From: Minisyncoccota bacterium
GTDB taxonomy: Bacteria; Patescibacteriota; Minisyncoccia; Phycocordibacterales; CALRHW01
NCBI GenBank assembly: GCA_046350795.1
Contig: JAXLZT010000001.1
Span: forward strand, 484,705-548,704
Direction of reading: 5' to 3'
Length of the DNA: 64,000 bases
Of the stretch, positions 61,005 through 64,000 are shown piece by piece. Position 1 is the stretch's first letter. The number at the start of each line of letters is the position of its first letter. The notes beneath the pieces are model-generated. The model ran no database searches. It saw only the letters and a list, made by a program, of their open reading frames with translations, and was not told the origin of the DNA. Made by a program: the position numbers and the translations under genes.

Positions 61005-61250
61005 AAAAAAGGGAAGCCCCGGAGACGCGATGCATCAATCCGGGGCAGAGCGTTACACCCAGCTTGGCGACAGGGCGATCACGCTCTAGATACTGACTGG
61101 ATCACCTCCCGTTCTTGGATCCAAGGGCTTCAAGGCCAGATCTGCCTGATCCTGAAGCTTTGTGGCGAGATGGAAAACCCACGATAGTCTTCATGGTGAT
61201 AACTCCTCTGGCGCATTGCGCCGGTTGTTCACACATTGGTGCTAACCCGT
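61005..61250 (-). ncRNA. Candidate structured small transcript (cassette F) containing a 30-codon ORF and a 16S-3'-complementary tract
   Basis: Promoter TTGTAT-16-TATACT (61256-61283), several hairpins, terminator GCCCCGGA...TCCGGGGC followed by TTCCCTTTTTT. Confidence 0.5.
61102..61194 (-). CDS. 30-aa peptide ORF (cassette F)
   Basis: SD AGAGGAG-8nt-ATG; MKTIVGFPSRHKASGSGRSGLEALGSKNGR*. Confidence 0.45.
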   Translation of the reverse strand: MKTIVGFPSRHKASGSGRSGLEALGSKNGR

Positions 61251-61296
61251 TTATAAGTATAAACAGACAAACAAAAAATACAACCCCCAATTCCCC

Positions 61297-62370
61297 CTAT
61301 TCGTCAGCTTCTGGTTTTTCTAAAACCATAGTTTCTATTCCCACAGCCTGACCAGTAATCCTTAGCACATCTTTATCCAATTTTTTAAATTCTTTTGAGC
61401 TTGCATTGAAATGATTGATGGTGGTCGCAAGAGAGTTGCCCATTTTTTGATGATAGTCATCATAGCTTTTGAGGTGCTTACCAAGCTCGTCGACGCGCTT
61501 GATAATATCCTTTGCAGTATCTTCTATTTGCATTGCTTTTAGTCCCTGCAAGACAGTCTGTAGATATGCCAAAAAGGAAGTTGGCGACACAATAATCACC
61601 TTATATTTCCCCGCAGCGCGTTGTATCAGATTTTCTGTATCTTCTTTTAGCGCCCCAATTTTATTTATCAAAAGATCATAATAAATGGCTTCGTGTGGAA
61701 TAAACATAAAAGCAAAATCCATCGTATTTTCATTTGGACGAATATACTTTGCTGTCTCGACGATACGATTTTTTAAATCATTTACAAAGACTTTTTCTAA
61801 ACGCTCTTTTTCCACCGTATTTTTTTCCTCAATAATTCTATTGTAATTTTCTAGAGAAAACTTTGAGTCAATAGGTATAACTTTATCTTTTACAAACACT
61901 GCAGCATCTACTATTTCTCCATCAGTAAAAGCGTACTGCATTTGATATGATCCTGGTGGCAATACATTTTTTAGCAAAGTTTCTAGATAATATTCCCCCA
62001 CTATTCCGCGTTGTTTTGGATTTTTTAAAATATCTTGAAGTGACTGTAGCTGATCTGCAAAAGACACTACCTGCTTATTGGTCTCATCAAGTTTTGTGAG
62101 GCTTTGTGTTACTTCTTTTATAAGTCGAGAAGACTCGGAAAATTGATTGCGCATGGATTCATTTACCTGTTTGCTTGTCTCCCCTATCTTTGCATCCACG
62201 GTGCGAGTAAGCTCATTCATTTGCTGTAAAAGCAGGTTGAAACCGGTATCATTTTTACCAGCATCAGAGCTTGCTACAGATGATTTTTGTTTAGAAATTA
62301 AAAACCATACAAAAAACACATTACCCAAAAAGGCCACTAGCAAGATAATTAATAGCATTTCAACTGACAT
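61297..62370 (-). CDS. rmuC: DNA recombination protein RmuC
   Basis: N-terminal TM and coiled coil, KQRG..GE..LE.LL, PIDSKF, KYI.P...T.DFAFMFIP.E, VSPTS. Confidence 0.92.
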   Translation of the reverse strand: MSVEMLLIILLVAFLGNVFFVWFLISKQKSSVASSDAGKNDTGFNLLLQQMNELTRTVDAKIGETSKQVNESMRNQFSESSRLIKEVTQSLTKLDETNKQVVSFADQLQSLQDILKNPKQRGIVGEYYLETLLKNVLPPGSYQMQYAFTDGEIVDAAVFVKDKVIPIDSKFSLENYNRIIEEKNTVEKERLEKVFVNDLKNRIVETAKYIRPNENTMDFAFMFIPHEAIYYDLLINKIGALKEDTENLIQRAAGKYKVIIVSPTSFLAYLQTVLQGLKAMQIEDTAKDIIKRVDELGKHLKSYDDYHQKMGNSLATTINHFNASSKEFKKLDKDVLRITGQAVGIETMVLEKPEADE

Positions 62371-62406
62371 ACCAAAAATTATAGCAAATTGTTATACTAT
62401 TAGCAT

Positions 62407-62862
62407 ATGACATTACAACAACAAATTAGAGATGGTATAAAACAAGCAATGCTTTCAAAAGACAGTGTACGGCTCAATGTTCTCCGAGGACTTGTGTCTG
62501 CTTTTACAAATGAACTCGTAGCTCAAAAAAGAAAGCCTCAAGAGGAGCTAAATGACGAAGAAGCACTCAATGTTATTAAAAGAAGCGTAAAACAAAGAAA
62601 AGACTCTATAGATCAGTTTAAAGCTGGTGGACGTGATGATCTAGTGGCCTCAGAAGAATCAGAACTGGCTATTTTACAGACCTTTTTGCCAGCAACGATG
62701 AGTAAAGACGCTATACGAGCAATAGCAGAAAAAAAGAAAGCCGAGCTCGGTGTGACAGACAAATCTAAAATGGGAGTGTTTATGGGTGCAGTAATGAAAG
62801 AGCTAAAGGGCCAAGCTGATGGCGCTGATGTAAAGGAAGTCATAGAAAGCCTTTTCAACTAA
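62407..62862 (+). CDS. GatB/YqeY domain protein
   Basis: L..QI...IK.AM.SKD..RL..LR, KQRKDSI.QF..GGR.DL...E..EL.IL..FLP, MG..M..LKG.ADG. Confidence 0.92.
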   Translation: MTLQQQIRDGIKQAMLSKDSVRLNVLRGLVSAFTNELVAQKRKPQEELNDEEALNVIKRSVKQRKDSIDQFKAGGRDDLVASEESELAILQTFLPATMSKDAIRAIAEKKKAELGVTDKSKMGVFMGAVMKELKGQADGADVKEVIESLFN

Positions 62863-62876
62863 AATTCAAAATCCGA

Positions 62877-62920
62877 TTATCCACAGCCTATTTGACTTTT
62901 GCGTGTTTTTGTGATAGATT
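62877..62920 (+). promoter_or_regulatory. DnaA box plus sigma70 promoter of cassette G
   Basis: TTATCCACA (62877-62885), then TTGACT-17nt-(TGn)TAGATT (62892-62920). Confidence 0.6.
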
Positions 62921-62982
62921 GATACAGGATGTTATGGCGTGGGGACGTTCCCCTAGCCAATTTCACACACGGAGGTGTAAAG

Positions 62983-63300
62983 ATGGTTCTCAGACCACAG
63001 ACAGAGGTCGAGCGTCTTGCCACCTACTCGGTGGCAAAATTTCGGGCAAATCCGAGAATGGGTTTACCGATCGCTATCATAGAGGTGCTCCGCTATGCGG
63101 GAAGAGAGTACCTCTATGAGAACGTGCTCAACGAATGTCGTCGCAGAAGTCAGATCAAGAGACGAGCAAAGAGTGATGCGCTCAAGAACACGACGACACA
63201 AGAATCCAAGCCGTGCCAAAAAGTGACAAAATCACATACTGGCACGGACACTCCTTTCCTCCCAGGAATGGAACCAACAAAGAAGTACAGGCTCACCTAA
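62983..63300 (+). CDS. Basic hypothetical protein (cassette G)
   Basis: SD GGAGGT-6nt-ATG 62983; 105 aa; stop codon lies inside the terminator loop. Confidence 0.72.
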   Translation: MVLRPQTEVERLATYSVAKFRANPRMGLPIAIIEVLRYAGREYLYENVLNECRRRSQIKRRAKSDALKNTTTQESKPCQKVTKSHTGTDTPFLPGMEPTKKYRLT

Positions 63301-63318
63301 CGGTGCGCCTTTTGTTTT
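63289..63318 (+). terminator. Intrinsic terminator of cassette G
   Basis: AGGCTCACC-TAAC-GGTGCGCCT followed by TTTGTTTT. Confidence 0.7.
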
Positions 63319-63337
63319 ATATTTAAAACCTAACAGA

Positions 63338-64000
63338 TTATTGCAAAAACAGAGAGTCTATCGACTTCAAAATAGCATCTTTATTTTTAATCCAAACATC
63401 AGTATAAGCATCTACACCAATCCTATAATGAGCATCAGGAGTCAGAGCAAAATAAGCACTCTGAGTAACTTCTTTTTTACTTGTCTGACCTACATATGTT
63501 CCACTTAAATAAAAGAAGTCTCTGTTATTGATTGATATTTTTTTAATAGATGTATTAGTAAGTCCCAAACTCACACTCAAATCATCAGCCAAAAGAAGCA
63601 AAACCATATCTGCACCCATCTCTTGTATTTTTTTATCCATTTCTTTATCTCTTTCTATTCTTTCAACCATTATTTTTGCATTTAGAGCATTTTTTATCGA
63701 AACATCAGAGAAAGAAACCTTGGAAGTTTTTTCTGAATTTTCTTTACCAAGAACACTCCAACCAGTTGGTAAATTTATCGAAAATTTTGAAACTGTGTCT
63801 ACGTATGGTACGGACTGAATAAGCGGAGTGACGTTTGATGTTTTTGTTTGGCTTTCATTTTCAACAGCTTTTGGTTTTTTTGTCTCATCGACAAAAGAAA
63901 TCTGTTTTGTGTTTTCTGGTAACTTTATTCCACTTGATTCCCCACCGGTCTTTTTATGTAAATTTTTATAAGCAAAAAAACCAATTAATATAAGGGCTAT
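63338..64000 (-). CDS. Membrane-anchored hypothetical protein, PsbP/DcrB-like (partial, start beyond the window)
   Basis: Frame is open to the window end: ..ALILIGFFAYK..YVDTVSKFSINLPTGW..YRIGVDA..W......I.KSIDSL*. Confidence 0.6.
   Translation of the reverse strand: MALILIGFFAYKNLHKKTGGESSGIKLPENTKQISFVDETKKPKAVENESQTKTSNVTPLIQSVPYVDTVSKFSINLPTGWSVLGKENSEKTSKVSFSDVSIKNALNAKIMVERIERDKEMDKKIQEMGADMVLLLLADDLSVSLGLTNTSIKKISINNRDFFYLSGTYVGQTSKKEVTQSAYFALTPDAHYRIGVDAYTDVWIKNKDAILKSIDSLFLQ

Noticed and set aside
61090-61115. 16S rRNA gene fragment
   Set aside because: Only 13 nt match and the flanks are not rRNA-like, so it is treated as a complementary motif rather than rRNA.
61005-61250. tmRNA, tRNA or SRP identity for cassette F
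   Set aside because: No tRNA-like acceptor or T-arm, the peptide lacks an Ala-rich tag ending, and no SRP GGAA domain IV motif was recognised.
1-64000. Alternative genetic code (TGA=Gly, code 25)
   Set aside because: Long core genes are intact under code 11, so this is not a Gracilibacteria/Absconditabacteria-type recoding.

Overview
AT-rich, gene-dense bacterial chromosome segment that looks like Patescibacteria/CPR, most likely Parcubacteria. This is an inference from compact genes, short AlaRS, AspRS and L13, the presence of L9, and CPR-type hypothetical proteins. Housekeeping content includes mltG, a nuclease/DNA-repair cluster, alaS, the infA-rpmJ-rpsMKD-rpoA-rplQ-rplM-rpsI operon, grpE-dnaK-dnaJ, trpS, aspS, scpAB, a cell-wall cluster (dac-mraY-ftsW-murG), gltX, glycoside hydrolases, a MacAB-like ABC exporter, rpmA, rplI, ctpA, corA, cysS, dnaB, recR, rplU and rmuC. 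A ~10 kb defence island carries fic and type I R-M hsdMSR with three interleaved accessory genes, and it truncates a host metallo-hydrolase gene. The most unusual pattern is seven self-contained, GC-richer single-gene cassettes between host genes, each with a sigma70 promoter, a strong Shine-Dalgarno, an ORFan and an intrinsic terminator. Host operon-first genes, by contrast, look leaderless or nearly so. One cassette carries a 13-nt perfect complement of the canonical 16S rRNA 3' tail over its stop codon, and another encodes a degenerate acyl-carrier-protein-like protein. A dif-like 11-6-11 site and REPIN/MITE-like inverted-repeat elements are also present. No rRNA, tRNA or CRISPR array was seen. 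All calls were made by eye; no database searches were run.
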